Below are positions 48,376 through 58,817 of a DNA stretch of 64,000 nucleotides, in pieces. The position numbers and the translations under genes are program-made. Source of the stretch: a virus. The notes beneath the pieces were generated by a model. The model ran no database searches and was not told the origin of the DNA. It saw nothing but the letters and a program-made list of their open reading frames with translations. Where the stretch lies: the IMG/VR virus record IMGVR_UViG_3300031885_000010, positions 2,440-66,439 of that record; one strand, 5' to 3'. Positions within the stretch are counted from its first letter, which is position 1, and each line of letters opens with the position of its first letter.

Positions 48376-48564
48376 ATGAGATTTATTCCTAATAATTTGG
48401 ATGATGATTTTATTGGAAGGAATGATGACGAAGAAATGGATACAGGCAATCTTGACACATATATAAAGGATGGAGTGAAAACGTATGCTCTGGGTCATGA
48501 TTGGTTTGAGAATGAGAAAGCGCCGTATCCTTTATACTCTGTTGAAACAGAAAAAGAGATTTAA
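48376..48564 (+). CDS. Hypothetical early protein
   Basis: GAGGTG RBS. Confidence 0.6.
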   Translation: MRFIPNNLDDDFIGRNDDEEMDTGNLDTYIKDGVKTYALGHDWFENEKAPYPLYSVETEKEI

Positions 48565-48624
48565 TCTATCATTATTATATAAACCTATCCGATAGAATAC
48601 CGGATGAAGAAAGAGAGGGTTGAC

Positions 48625-49452
48625 ATGGAATATGAAAGATTGACTAAAAGGGAAGTAACACAAGAGTTAATGAAGGATTGTAAGAATCACGTGAAATGTC
48701 TCGTTTGTGGAGAGTGTGTCACGTGTAATTTGAGGCCATGCAGAGACAGTAAAGAACATATTGCAATGTCTTATAACCTTGAAGTAAAAAGGTTAGATAA
48801 TAATACGTTTGAGGTTACTTATCCAAATGGGAATAAGGCTATCCGTTATCACCATACGGACATTATAACTTACCATCCAAATGGCAATATTATCATTAAT
48901 GTGAATGGATGGTTGACCAGTACAACAAAAGAGCGTCTCAACAATTACTTACCCTCACAATGGCGAATCAATCAGATTAATAAGATTTGGTATCTTGCTA
49001 ACAACTCCCATTCATACGCCTATAAGGATGGAATAACCATTCATGTAGACGGCACAGTCACAGGCAATGGCACAGATCCAAAGAAGCTATTGAAGCTTGA
49101 TAAACAGATCAAGAAGTATATTGAAGGATATGTCAAGGCTCTGTTTGATGGGAAGATTAAGAAGCCTGGACCTGGTGACTGTTGGGGTTGTTTAATGAAG
49201 GATATAAAGACAGGCCAAACAGTATTTGGAACAGATCATTTGTTAGATCATTTTAGAGAAAGATATTATGTCCCTTCATTGTTAATAAATGCAATCGAAG
49301 TATTTCCTGTCTCAATCGCTGCAAAGTCATCAATCGGTTATTATCTGAAATATTACAACCAAGAATGCAAAGACTTTGAAGATATTGCAAGGGCGCAAAT
49401 CAAGTCATCCTTGCGCCGGTATCTGCGCCGTCAATTAGGAATGACGACATAA
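48625..49452 (+). CDS. Hypothetical early protein
   Basis: IRYHHTDII...NGWLTSTTKERLN. Confidence 0.7.
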   Translation: MEYERLTKREVTQELMKDCKNHVKCLVCGECVTCNLRPCRDSKEHIAMSYNLEVKRLDNNTFEVTYPNGNKAIRYHHTDIITYHPNGNIIINVNGWLTSTTKERLNNYLPSQWRINQINKIWYLANNSHSYAYKDGITIHVDGTVTGNGTDPKKLLKLDKQIKKYIEGYVKALFDGKIKKPGPGDCWGCLMKDIKTGQTVFGTDHLLDHFRERYYVPSLLINAIEVFPVSIAAKSSIGYYLKYYNQECKDFEDIARAQIKSSLRRYLRRQLGMTT

Positions 49453-49698
49453 ACAGATTGAGTTAACCTTAACTACCTCGATAGATCACCGAGGGAATGG
49501 AGAATAAAATGGAAAACGGAAGGGTATTTTATATTTATGACGTGGTTTTGAATGCATTAATAGGAATGAGATTGACAGATGAGGGAATCGAACCAATATA
49601 TAATGATTCTCTATCTGGTCAAGAAATTACTTCCATTAGTGCTCAATAGGAATGAACCCTTGACCTATCCAGCACAACACCGGAGATATGGAGGCACT

Positions 49699-50130
49699 AT
49701 GAAAGATGTAGAATTTATGACAGCTAAAGAGAAAGAAATGGTATTGAAGCAATGGATAACGTTTATAAAGAATGGAATGAAAGTAGAACATTTTACAGAT
49801 AGACTTTATAAGCACCTATCGCTTCATTGCTCATTCATTGCTCATTATAACAGGATGGGTTTTTATTCAACCTATTTTGAGAGGCCAGAAGATACAATCA
49901 GATTCATAGGTCAATTTGACGAAGATCAAGGTCATAAATCCATTGAATACGGAAGTCAATACTGGTTTACCGATTCAGATTATAATGACCTCAATCAAGC
50001 CATGTGTGAGGCTGTCGAACCGTACAAAAAAGAAATATACCAAACTCGAAGAAATACAGAAATGGAAAGAGATATTGAAATATCTAAGGCATTAATGAGA
50101 AAACATGGTTTAACTCATTTGGAAGTTTAA
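49699..50130 (+). CDS. Hypothetical early protein
   Basis: GGAGG RBS; FIAHYNRMGFY. Confidence 0.7.
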   Translation: MKDVEFMTAKEKEMVLKQWITFIKNGMKVEHFTDRLYKHLSLHCSFIAHYNRMGFYSTYFERPEDTIRFIGQFDEDQGHKSIEYGSQYWFTDSDYNDLNQAMCEAVEPYKKEIYQTRRNTEMERDIEISKALMRKHGLTHLEV

Positions 50131-50244
50131 AATTGATGTCCAAGATGACGCAGGACAAGAGATAAGGGATAGGTGAAGGGTAAACCATGAACCAGTATTC
50201 AATAACTTAGACGCTTCCGATAGAACACCGGAGGGAAGGGAGAT

Positions 50245-50667
50245 ATGCCAATGGAAGAACAAAAAAAATGCAAAGACAGAATAAGGGAGCATTACAAAGG
50301 ACGAATGGAAGACTTGACTACTCTCTGGAATCTCTACAAAAAGGATTGTGAAGCCAGCGATCCCGACCTTGGAACATGGAATGAATACGGATTATGCTTT
50401 GACTATGTAGCTCCTGGGACATTCAACGAACAACGAAGAGGATATTGGAGATATCAACTATCCTGGGGTGGACCCTCAGATGAATTCAGATTCTATGCAG
50501 ATGAAAATCTAAATATAACAAAAGTTGAATATTGGTTTATGGACTGGTTTGATGGTGCAAAGGTCAATGTCTCAGGGAAAAGTCTTGAGCTTCTTATTGA
50601 GATATGGGAAGATCTTAAGGAATGCGGAACTATCGAGCATACACAAAAAGAAGCAATGGCAGCCTAA
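50245..50667 (+). CDS. Hypothetical early protein (LSWGGP family)
   Basis: YQLSWGGPSDEFRF. Confidence 0.75.
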   Translation: MPMEEQKKCKDRIREHYKGRMEDLTTLWNLYKKDCEASDPDLGTWNEYGLCFDYVAPGTFNEQRRGYWRYQLSWGGPSDEFRFYADENLNITKVEYWFMDWFDGAKVNVSGKSLELLIEIWEDLKECGTIEHTQKEAMAA

Positions 50668-52324
50668 TCATTTAACCCTTATTCCCTCCCTGCATTGCCT
50701 TTAAGGTGGTGCAGGGAAGAAAGGAGACACCAAAAATGAAAGAGCATGAACCTATAAAGAATTATTTTGATTTGTGTGAAGCAATCAATTCTCCAACATT
50801 GGGAAGAGATTTACAATATATGGCTGATACAGGGGAGAATCCTGCAGGATATTTTCTCGATGAACTCCAACTGATGAGGGAATATTTACAGAGAGAGGAG
50901 TAAGCTATAACTGCCGAGACCGAGACCATCATTATATTTATAGCTTTGTTGGTGGCTTATGGATTGATAAGGGGAGAGAAAGGAGAGAAGAAAGAATGAA
51001 GATCATAAATAGTCATTGCTTACCATTCTTTTGGGATAAGACAGTGAGTATTTTCGATGCTATAACGGGTAAAGAAATAGTTATTCAGAAAGATAAGTTT
51101 AAAGATGTGACAACGGACGGCGGAAGATTCGTTCAGTTTTATACATTTGAGATTGAAGATTAAGAAAGGAAAAACAGAATGCCTGTTAGAAAGTATAAAG
51201 ATTGGTATATTGAGACGGTTGGAGGCCATATCACAATAAAGAGATTTGAAGCTGAAAAAGGAGATCGATTCAATGATCCGAATCATTATCAATGGCACTG
51301 GGCTTTTAAGCTAAAAGATTGTAAGGAACTTTGTGACAAAAGAGATAGGGGAGAAGAAATAGACGGATTATATCTTAAATCACTTTATTGATTCAGAGTA
51401 GTATTTAACCCTCGATATGAATGATGAAGAAAGAAAACAGATTCAAAATGAGATGGAAAAAGAACATAAATATAGACAGGTCAAATCATTGCATTGTGAT
51501 CGACCCTTTGAAACCAGAATATTTGGTCGATGGATAACGATTAGATCGAATAAAGAAATAATTCAGTGGTTAAGGATTAGAGATAAAAGAATGAAAAAAG
51601 AAAGGAGAAAGTAGAATGGATAAAGGAAAAAAGATTTGCATCATTTGTAAGATCCGGCCGGGGATCAACTATGATGGCAGGGATATTTGCTGTTGCTGTT
51701 GGCCGAAGGAGGCTAAGAAGAAAGGAGGAAATGAGAAATGAGCTATTGCTGGACGGGAAAGTGTAAGATGTATATCTGCACCATCTGTGGGGATCTCAAT
51801 TACTCCATTATTGCATTGCGTACTGGTAACGTGGAGGTCCAATACTGCCATGAGTGCTGGACGGCAAGAACGACACAGGAAGCATGGCGGATTGAGAATG
51901 AAGCAATAGCCATGATTAATTAATAACGAGGTAATGGTAACGAGGCATGAAGAATGGTATGAAGCTAAGAATATACCGCATATGCAGAATGGTAACATGG
52001 ATCGTTGGAATAATAATTGCAATTGGGGCAGGAATAGTAATTGTGATGTATTGAAAGGAGATAGGAATATGCATACAACAGAAGGGAAGCAATTTACATT
52101 CGTTCATCATGGAGATTATTCGGGGGAGATTAAGATCATAAATAATAAATCTCAAAAAATGGTTGCTGAGATTCCGTTTGAGGACATCAAGCGATTGGTG
52201 GCTGAATGGGTGCGAGGAGAATGGATTGAAGCGATTGAAGGTATGGAAGATGACACACTTCTTGTGGGAAAATTACCCTGAACCACAAGCTATTGTGATA
52301 TTAATTTCCCTTTGCCTCGGAGGC

Positions 52325-52470
52325 TTGACATTTCTGAACTTATGTTATATTGTAAAAGTTGAGGCGGTTGAAATGGCTTTTTTATTAGGAAAATTTAGAG
52401 GCTTTATTCCGAGGGTATTGACTAACAAGCCATTACCGCCTCGACTCGGTTTAAAGCCTTTTTTATTTTT
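52325..52470 (+). promoter_or_regulatory. Sigma70 promoter plus attenuator-like leader
   Basis: TTGACA 52325; competing stems GAGGCGGT..AATGGCTT/AAGCCATTACCGCCTC and AGGCTTTA..CCGAG/CTCGG..TAAAGCCT plus T-run. Confidence 0.55.
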
Positions 52471-52486
52471 CTAATTTGGAGACATA

Positions 52487-52816
52487 ATGAGAAGATTTAT
52501 TCACCGTGAGAAAGTCAAAGGAGAAAGATGGCATCCATGCATGTGCAAACAGTGTGAGAAAGATAATAAAAGAAAGGCTCAATGTAGAAAGACATTTCAT
52601 TATTTTTTGAAAAAGTTTTCTATTAGTTATTTAGACAGTATATGCTCTATTTGTGGTAGTCCATTCTTTGTTGTTGCACATCATCCAGATTATAATAAAC
52701 CATTTCAAGTGATTTGGATATGCGTAAGTTGCCACCGACGTATCCATGAAGGAAAACTTCATTTTTCAAAAAGATTAATTTTCGATTACATAAAAACACA
52801 AGATTTAGTGATGTAA
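52487..52816 (+). CDS. HNH endonuclease-like protein
   Basis: CSIC...HHPDYNKPFQVIWICVSCH; same family as 2423-2821. Confidence 0.8.
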   Translation: MRRFIHREKVKGERWHPCMCKQCEKDNKRKAQCRKTFHYFLKKFSISYLDSICSICGSPFFVVAHHPDYNKPFQVIWICVSCHRRIHEGKLHFSKRLIFDYIKTQDLVM

Positions 52817-53346
52817 AAAACTAAAATCATTATATGTGGACTCTTTGCCTATTAGGCAAAATTCATGCCACATATATTTTGAGCAAATGCTTGACAAATA
52901 AAGGCTGGCGTGATATTTGGTATGGCACACTGAAAATTAGAAATCATAACTTTTTAGCTGAAATTTGGAGGAGAAAATGAAACAGCAATTAACCATCCAA
53001 CAATTAATTGGGAATCTCATTGAAGTATGATAAATAGATTCCCAAGTGAGTTTTGCGATCATGTGATAGCCAGATTGAGGAGGTATCCCATGCAGAAATT
53101 CCCAGAAATTGATGCATCAAGGTTAAAGCAGGAAGTAATTTATCAAGGAGTCACCTTTACCCTCACCCGCCTCACTTATACCAATAATACTTATTCTATA
53201 ATTGCAGAAGGACTATCGAGACGATCCCATGTTGATCCACCGGATGATAACCTTGGCAGAGAGATTAGTCTTGGCAGAGCGATGAAGGCACTGAGGAAGA
53301 AGTTGAAGCACGAGATTATTCGTCATACCTTAATGGGATGAGCCAT

Positions 53347-53424
53347 CGGGGAGTAAGTCAGCGGCAGACGGCACGGCTTGGGACCGTGCAGTTCGGAGGT
53401 TCGAGTCCTCTCTCCTCGATACCA
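53347..53424 (+). tRNA. tRNA-Pro(UGG)
   Basis: CGGGGAG acceptor, anticodon arm CACGG-CTTGGGA-CCGTG, T arm GGAGG-TTCGAGT-CCTCT. Confidence 0.88.
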
Positions 53425-53463
53425 ATTAACCTTTAACCAATCTAACTAAAGGAGGTAATTATT

Positions 53464-54399
53464 ATGGGAGGCGGAAGTTACAGTTCAAGGGATTGGGATA
53501 GTTTTTCAACGTCAAGAAAGTATCATGATCCAAAAACCACAACAAAACATATTTATAGTAAGGGGGCACTCGATGATGTCCTTGATCCAAAGAAGTTCCG
53601 TATTCGAGAATCAGTTGATGGTTTAGATAATCCTGAATCAACCCCTATCATCTTGGCTCTGGATGTAACAGGCTCAATGTCTCCGGTTCTTGACAGTATT
53701 GCCAGGAAAGGACTCAAGACAATCTGCGAGGAAATTTACAATCGGAAACCAATTACAAATCCTCATATCTGCATTTTGGGTATCGGAGATGTTGAATGCG
53801 ATCATGCTCCATTCCAGGCCACTCAATTTGAGGCGGACATTCGGATCTTTGAACAGTTGGAAAAACTTTTTCTGGAGGGAGGTGGAGGTGGAAACAACTA
53901 CGAATCCTATATCCTTGCTTGGTACTTTGCAGTCTACAGGACGAAAATAGATTCATTTTCCAAAAGGGGCCGAAAGGGATTTATCTTCACCGTGGGAGAT
54001 GAAGAAATTACCCCCAAAATAACCGCCCATGCAATAAAGGAATTTATGGGAGATGGGCAAATGAGAGACTTCTCGGCAGAAGAACTTTTCGATCTCGTAT
54101 CAATGGAATGGAATGTATACCATGTGATCATCAAAGAAGGAGACTACGCATCCAGACAATTCACTGAAGTCAAGAAATCATGGGAAAACGTGATCGGGAT
54201 AGAGAGAACAATTCCGCTTGACGATCACATGAAACTCGGAGAAGTAGTAGTTTCTGTTCTCGAAATGATGGCTGGGAAAAAACCAGAAGAGATTGTGGCA
54301 TCATGGGACGGAAAGACAGCAATAGTTGTAAAGTCTGCCATTAAGTCTGTGACACCAAGTACCGTCACTAAAACAAAGAATATTGATGCCTTCCTATAG
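53464..54399 (+). CDS. vWA-domain protein
   Basis: MGGGSYS N-terminus, LALDVTGSM MIDAS, GGGGGNNYESY, TVGDE. Confidence 0.88.
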   Translation: MGGGSYSSRDWDSFSTSRKYHDPKTTTKHIYSKGALDDVLDPKKFRIRESVDGLDNPESTPIILALDVTGSMSPVLDSIARKGLKTICEEIYNRKPITNPHICILGIGDVECDHAPFQATQFEADIRIFEQLEKLFLEGGGGGNNYESYILAWYFAVYRTKIDSFSKRGRKGFIFTVGDEEITPKITAHAIKEFMGDGQMRDFSAEELFDLVSMEWNVYHVIIKEGDYASRQFTEVKKSWENVIGIERTIPLDDHMKLGEVVVSVLEMMAGKKPEEIVASWDGKTAIVVKSAIKSVTPSTVTKTKNIDAFL

Positions 54400-54408
54400 G
54401 AGAAGATT

Positions 54409-55623
54409 ATGGAAGCAACTGCGGTCATTGGTATGAATTATGGCGATGAAGGAAAAGGACATATCACAAATTATCTTTCCGATTCAAATACACTTAACAT
54501 CCGATTTAACGGAGGTGCCCAAGCATCTCACGCTGTTTTTCTTTCTGATGGCCGCAGTCACCTCTTCCATCATTTTGGGTCAGGTTCTCTTCAGGGAGCA
54601 AGAACACTTTTGGCAAGTCATTTTATTGTGAACCCAATTATTTTTGCTTGGGAGATGCAGGAACTTATAGAAAAAGCCCCCATGCGTGAGGTTTTTATTG
54701 ATCCAAGATGCCGAGTTACTACTCCTTACGATATGTTTATTAATGAATTTTCTGCCAAATTTCATGGAAAAAAAGATACTGTGGGAATTGGAATAAATGA
54801 GACTGTTGAGCGTAGTACCTTTAGGCAACTCAAAATTAATATGCGAGACTTTGTTGAAAAGAGTAATGACGAAATTACATCTATACTGAGAACTATTGAA
54901 AATGAATATATGCCCTTTCGTATAAAACAATTAAATATTCCATGGAGTGATTTTGTAAAGCATTATTCTGATAGTATTAAAAAATCGGTTGAATCATTCT
55001 TAAAGATTAGAACATGGATGACCGACCACATGATTGTAATATGGCCCGATGATGGCGTGATAGACAAATTTCTTGCCAAAGATAAGGATCGCCGTATTGT
55101 TTTTGAGGGTGGACAAGGAATGCTTCTTGACCAAAATAGAAAAGAGTTTATGCCATATCTCACTCGATCCAATACAGGAATCTTAAATATTTTGGAACTC
55201 CTGAAGACTATTAAGACAACATTGGATTTTAAGGTTTATCTTGTAACCCGAACATATCTAACTCGACATGGAGATGGACCAATATGGAACCATATCCCAA
55301 ATACTTTCCCATTTCCAAATATAGAAGAATCCACCAATCCAGATCATACATTCCAGGGGAAAATGCGCTACGGTCATCTCAATAAAAAATGGTACGATGA
55401 AGCAATTGAGGAAACCGAGACGATTATAGAGAACAACATGCCTTCTTGTATAAGCAATATAGAAATAAGTATTGCTATGACCTGTCTTGATCATCTCGGT
55501 AGCGAGTTCTCCTATTCTTTAGATGGAGATGGAAACATTGTTAAGGGAGATATATTTGATCTTCCAAGAATTAAATTGGTATCGAGCGGAAAAACAGAAA
55601 GAAATATTACACAATCTAAATGA
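54409..55623 (+). CDS. Divergent adenylosuccinate synthetase (PurA-like)
   Basis: GDEGKG, RFNGGAQASH, FEGGQGMLLD, TRTYLTRHGDGP, TCLDH. Confidence 0.88.
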   Translation: MEATAVIGMNYGDEGKGHITNYLSDSNTLNIRFNGGAQASHAVFLSDGRSHLFHHFGSGSLQGARTLLASHFIVNPIIFAWEMQELIEKAPMREVFIDPRCRVTTPYDMFINEFSAKFHGKKDTVGIGINETVERSTFRQLKINMRDFVEKSNDEITSILRTIENEYMPFRIKQLNIPWSDFVKHYSDSIKKSVESFLKIRTWMTDHMIVIWPDDGVIDKFLAKDKDRRIVFEGGQGMLLDQNRKEFMPYLTRSNTGILNILELLKTIKTTLDFKVYLVTRTYLTRHGDGPIWNHIPNTFPFPNIEESTNPDHTFQGKMRYGHLNKKWYDEAIEETETIIENNMPSCISNIEISIAMTCLDHLGSEFSYSLDGDGNIVKGDIFDLPRIKLVSSGKTERNITQSK

Positions 55624-56379
55624 AGGAGGAATGATTTTATGAAATCAATTGAGGTACTTGAAGTAAGGGCTATACCATGTTTAGGAAGTAATATCGGCGA
55701 TTGTTTTAAGGAAGCAATGCTTATATCTATTTCTGAATGGAGAGATGTTCGATTAACCTTTAATGGTAAAGATTACCTTATACGACCAGATCAACTGCTG
55801 GCAACTTGTAAAGAACAATAACAATCTAACCAAAGGAGGATTAATTTATGAAAGACACAATCACATGTTCAGAGTGTAATGCAGAGAATCCAAAGAGTAG
55901 GTTGACATGCCAGATTTGCCATTCACCATTAACGGTGAAGAAGGAGAAAACCGAAAAGGGAACTTCGGCTGGATCGAAGGTTGATCCAAAGATACCTGCG
56001 CCATCTTCACCATCTCCACCATCTCAAACATCTAAGCAATCACCACCTGCACCTCCACTTGACCCATTTGGTATATCATCTCCTTCCTCCAAGGATAAAT
56101 TATTGGGAAAACTTCCCAAAGAAAAAGTATCAAAGACTCCTGTTAAGCATAGGGCCAGACGCAAATCCCGTATGGTTCCTGAATCCCAGTACTTTATACT
56201 CCAGAATGGTACATTGATCCCTGTGCAAATTATCCAGACTGTGAGAACATTAAAGAAGAAAGTTATCAGTATGCAGGCTCAAGCATTGATGAGTCTGTGG
56301 AATCGGAGTAAGGACCTGCTGGCGAAGTAAGCATCAATCATCATACATTGTTAATGAATAATTAATAAAGGAGGATAAC

Positions 56380-56733
56380 ATGAAAGAGATTACTCCATTG
56401 TTAGAAAAATTGGCAAAGGAACTTGGTACAACTGCATCCTATCTTTGGAGTGTATTAATCCGACAGGCTTCAATCTCGGCCTCCATCGACTGTTTGCAAT
56501 ATTTGATCTTGGCTATATTCACTTATATAGCGGTGAAATTAACAAAGATGTCTATAGAGCGGGCAGATGAGAAAGACTGGGATGAGGTATGGATGATAGC
56601 CCCTATAATTGGATGGATTGTAATAGGTATTCTATGGATTGTTGTTTTCTTTTGTATCCCGCAAACCATCACAGGATTCATCAATCCTGAATATTGGGCT
56701 TTAGATAAAATCCTAAGCCAGATTAAAAAGTAG
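56380..56733 (+). CDS. Membrane protein
   Basis: Two TM segments, NPEYWAL. Confidence 0.7.
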   Translation: MKEITPLLEKLAKELGTTASYLWSVLIRQASISASIDCLQYLILAIFTYIAVKLTKMSIERADEKDWDEVWMIAPIIGWIVIGILWIVVFFCIPQTITGFINPEYWALDKILSQIKK

Positions 56734-56757
56734 GCTTGAGAATGTGGAGGTGCGCTG

Positions 56758-57063
56758 ATGCATTACATGAATTGTGAGGGCGTGAAGTGTACTCCAAGCG
56801 GCTTCCCAATTTGTTCAACTGACGAGAAATGTTGTGATGTAGAAGGATGCCGGTATTTCATAGTTGCCAGTACCATCGGCAATTGTGTGCTGAGAGTGAT
56901 GCCTGATGATAAACGTGAACCGAGCATGGAGAAAATCTCGGTATCATTTGGGATGCATGGGAAGAAGGTGTCCCGTCAATGTATTGATCAGATTGAGAAG
57001 AGGGCATTGAGAAAGCTAAGGGAGAGATGGGGAGCAGAATTGAGAGAAGCGAGGAATAGATGA
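56758..57063 (+). CDS. Sigma70 region-4-like HTH protein
   Basis: VSRQCIDQIEKRALRKLR. Confidence 0.75.
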   Translation: MHYMNCEGVKCTPSGFPICSTDEKCCDVEGCRYFIVASTIGNCVLRVMPDDKREPSMEKISVSFGMHGKKVSRQCIDQIEKRALRKLRERWGAELREARNR

Positions 57064-57239
57064 ATGAATCGTATACCCTTATGCACAAGCATACGGGAAT
57101 CTCTATTTCCCATATCTCAAGAGTATTAAGGAAGAAGCGAAAGCCGTCTCTCAGAGTATTACTGTTGTTGGCGAGGGAGATGAGAATAGAGACGGATGTA
57201 CTCATTAAGAGATTGGGATTGCATGGGGTGAATAGATAA
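57060..57239 (+). CDS. XRE-type HTH protein (59 aa, not in ORF track)
   Basis: TGISISHISRVLRKKRKPSLRVLLLLA; overlaps neighbouring start/stop codons. Confidence 0.7.
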   Translation: MNESYTLMHKHTGISISHISRVLRKKRKPSLRVLLLLAREMRIETDVLIKRLGLHGVNR

Positions 57240-57886
57240 TGAAGAAAGTCGTTCCAGTATTGATAGGCCAATCACATTATCTCATTAATGGTAAAAGATA
57301 CTCCCGTGTCTCAGATGTGGCTGGTGCTGGAGAAAAACCATGGTTAGAGCAATGGAAACAACGAGTCGGAACCACAGAGGCAGAACGCATATCCAAGGAG
57401 ACGGCTGAGTATGGGGAGTTAGTACATGAGATTACCATGTATTCAGATTTGCATCGATATAGGAAGATGGAAAAGATGCTTGAGTTCCATAGAGAATTGT
57501 CGGACTCTCTTGTTGCATGGGAAACATGGGTAGCTAATTATATTGAGAAATGGATACTCATTGAACAGGTAGTATGGAGTAATAGGTGGATGTGTGCAGG
57601 AAGGGTGGATAGGGTAGCCATCATTAAAGGAGATAAGTGGGCTACCATTGTGGATATTAAGACCGGCTCACTCTATGATGAAATTGGCATACAGATATAT
57701 GGGGGCTATCTGCCGATTTATAATGAATGGAGGAAAGGGAGGAAGTTGCCCAAGGCTACACGGGCATTGGCAGTTAATCTCCCACGGAACAATCCTGGAG
57801 AATTGACGGTGAAGGATTATACTAAGGAGAAGTATATTGCTGAATTTGAATCGAAGGTAGAACTATTCCGGTCGATGAATAGATAA
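57239..57886 (+). CDS. PD-(D/E)XK exonuclease
   Basis: GELVH, AGRVD, VDIKT, QIYGGY. Confidence 0.85.
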   Translation: MKKVVPVLIGQSHYLINGKRYSRVSDVAGAGEKPWLEQWKQRVGTTEAERISKETAEYGELVHEITMYSDLHRYRKMEKMLEFHRELSDSLVAWETWVANYIEKWILIEQVVWSNRWMCAGRVDRVAIIKGDKWATIVDIKTGSLYDEIGIQIYGGYLPIYNEWRKGRKLPKATRALAVNLPRNNPGELTVKDYTKEKYIAEFESKVELFRSMNR

Positions 57887-58081
57887 GGAGGAATGGATGA
57901 AGACTATTCCATATAAAGAAAAAGAAGGATTTCAAGAGGCCATGGTTAATCAAATTCCTAACCTGTTAGATGATGCTCTTGAATGGATAGGGAATAAATT
58001 GGACCCAGAAGATGTTTTCCCAGACAAAGTTTTAGAAACATGGGCCGAAGATAATGGATATATTAAAAAAGAGGAATAATC

Positions 58082-58543
58082 ATGCAGATTTTAGACGAAG
58101 TAAAAAAGGTACTTGCAAGCAAGATGAAGGGTGATAAATGGGTGGAATCGGCTGTTCCCGCATTGGTGGAAGTGGCCATCGAGATAAAGGATCTTGAAGC
58201 CAAGAAATCTGATGAATGCAAGGAGTATCGAACAGCCATCAAGAATGTGGATGAGAAGTATAAATCTGCCTTGAGCACACTGGGAGCAATAGATGAGAAT
58301 CTCAGGGATCGGGTGATGAAGGAGCATGAGGGGACTGAGAGTGTGAGGGTAGATGGAATTGGAGAACTCGTGTTTGCAGAGATATGGGGATACGAGGTAG
58401 AGGATATTAAGAAGGTCCCCGCTGAGTATTTGGGGGTGGATGGGAAGTTGGTACGGGAATCTATAAAAAAGGGTATAAGAAACATCCGTGGGTTAAATAT
58501 TCTACCCGTGAGAAGTTTACGGGTTATGACGAAGAGAGATTAA
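58082..58543 (+). CDS. Coiled-coil recombination-associated protein (Gp157/Gam-like)
   Basis: DIKKVPAEYL...GIRNIRG. Confidence 0.55.
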   Translation: MQILDEVKKVLASKMKGDKWVESAVPALVEVAIEIKDLEAKKSDECKEYRTAIKNVDEKYKSALSTLGAIDENLRDRVMKEHEGTESVRVDGIGELVFAEIWGYEVEDIKKVPAEYLGVDGKLVRESIKKGIRNIRGLNILPVRSLRVMTKRD

Positions 58544-58545
58544 TC

Positions 58546-58645
58546 TAATGGCCAGTGCATCGAGGGCACTCAAGCCATCGTGACTGGTTATCAGAAACAT
58601 AAGAACCTGACGGACATGAGTGAGAGACCTGGACATTGGCCATTA
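58546..58645 (+). ncRNA. Candidate structured RNA 1
   Basis: 12-bp stem TAATGGCCAGTG/CATTGGCCATTA, inner CACTCA/TGAGTG, branched apex. Confidence 0.55.
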
Positions 58646-58660
58646 ACTCCATAAAGGATG

Positions 58661-58797
58661 AGGCAGATCAGTGACGAAAGTACTCATACTCAAATTACAA
58701 TTGAGTCAGGATTAAAGAGGTGTGGCGAGCCTAAGATGTCCTATCCCCTTATAGAAATCGCTGGAGATAGGAACCTTTAATCTTGCCTGGTCTGCCT
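58661..58797 (+). ncRNA. Candidate structured RNA 2
   Basis: AGGCAGATCAG/CTGGTCTGCCT, CAGGATTAAAG/CTTTAATCTTG, CTCAA/TTGAG, CCTATC/GATAGG. Confidence 0.55.
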
Positions 58798-58817
58798 TAA
58801 TAATAGATGAATAAATA

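Larger units (their letters stand above)
47856..50234 (+). repeat. Dispersed hairpin element (5-6 copies) upstream of early genes
   Basis: TAAAC/TTAACC-N-stem-ATAGAWYAY-stem then RBS at about 47856, 48325, 48580, 49463, 49653, 50214. Confidence 0.8.

Noticed and set aside
54409-55623. PurZ / Z-genome system
   Set aside because: GDEGKG Asp is retained and no DatZ or MazZ genes are visible.
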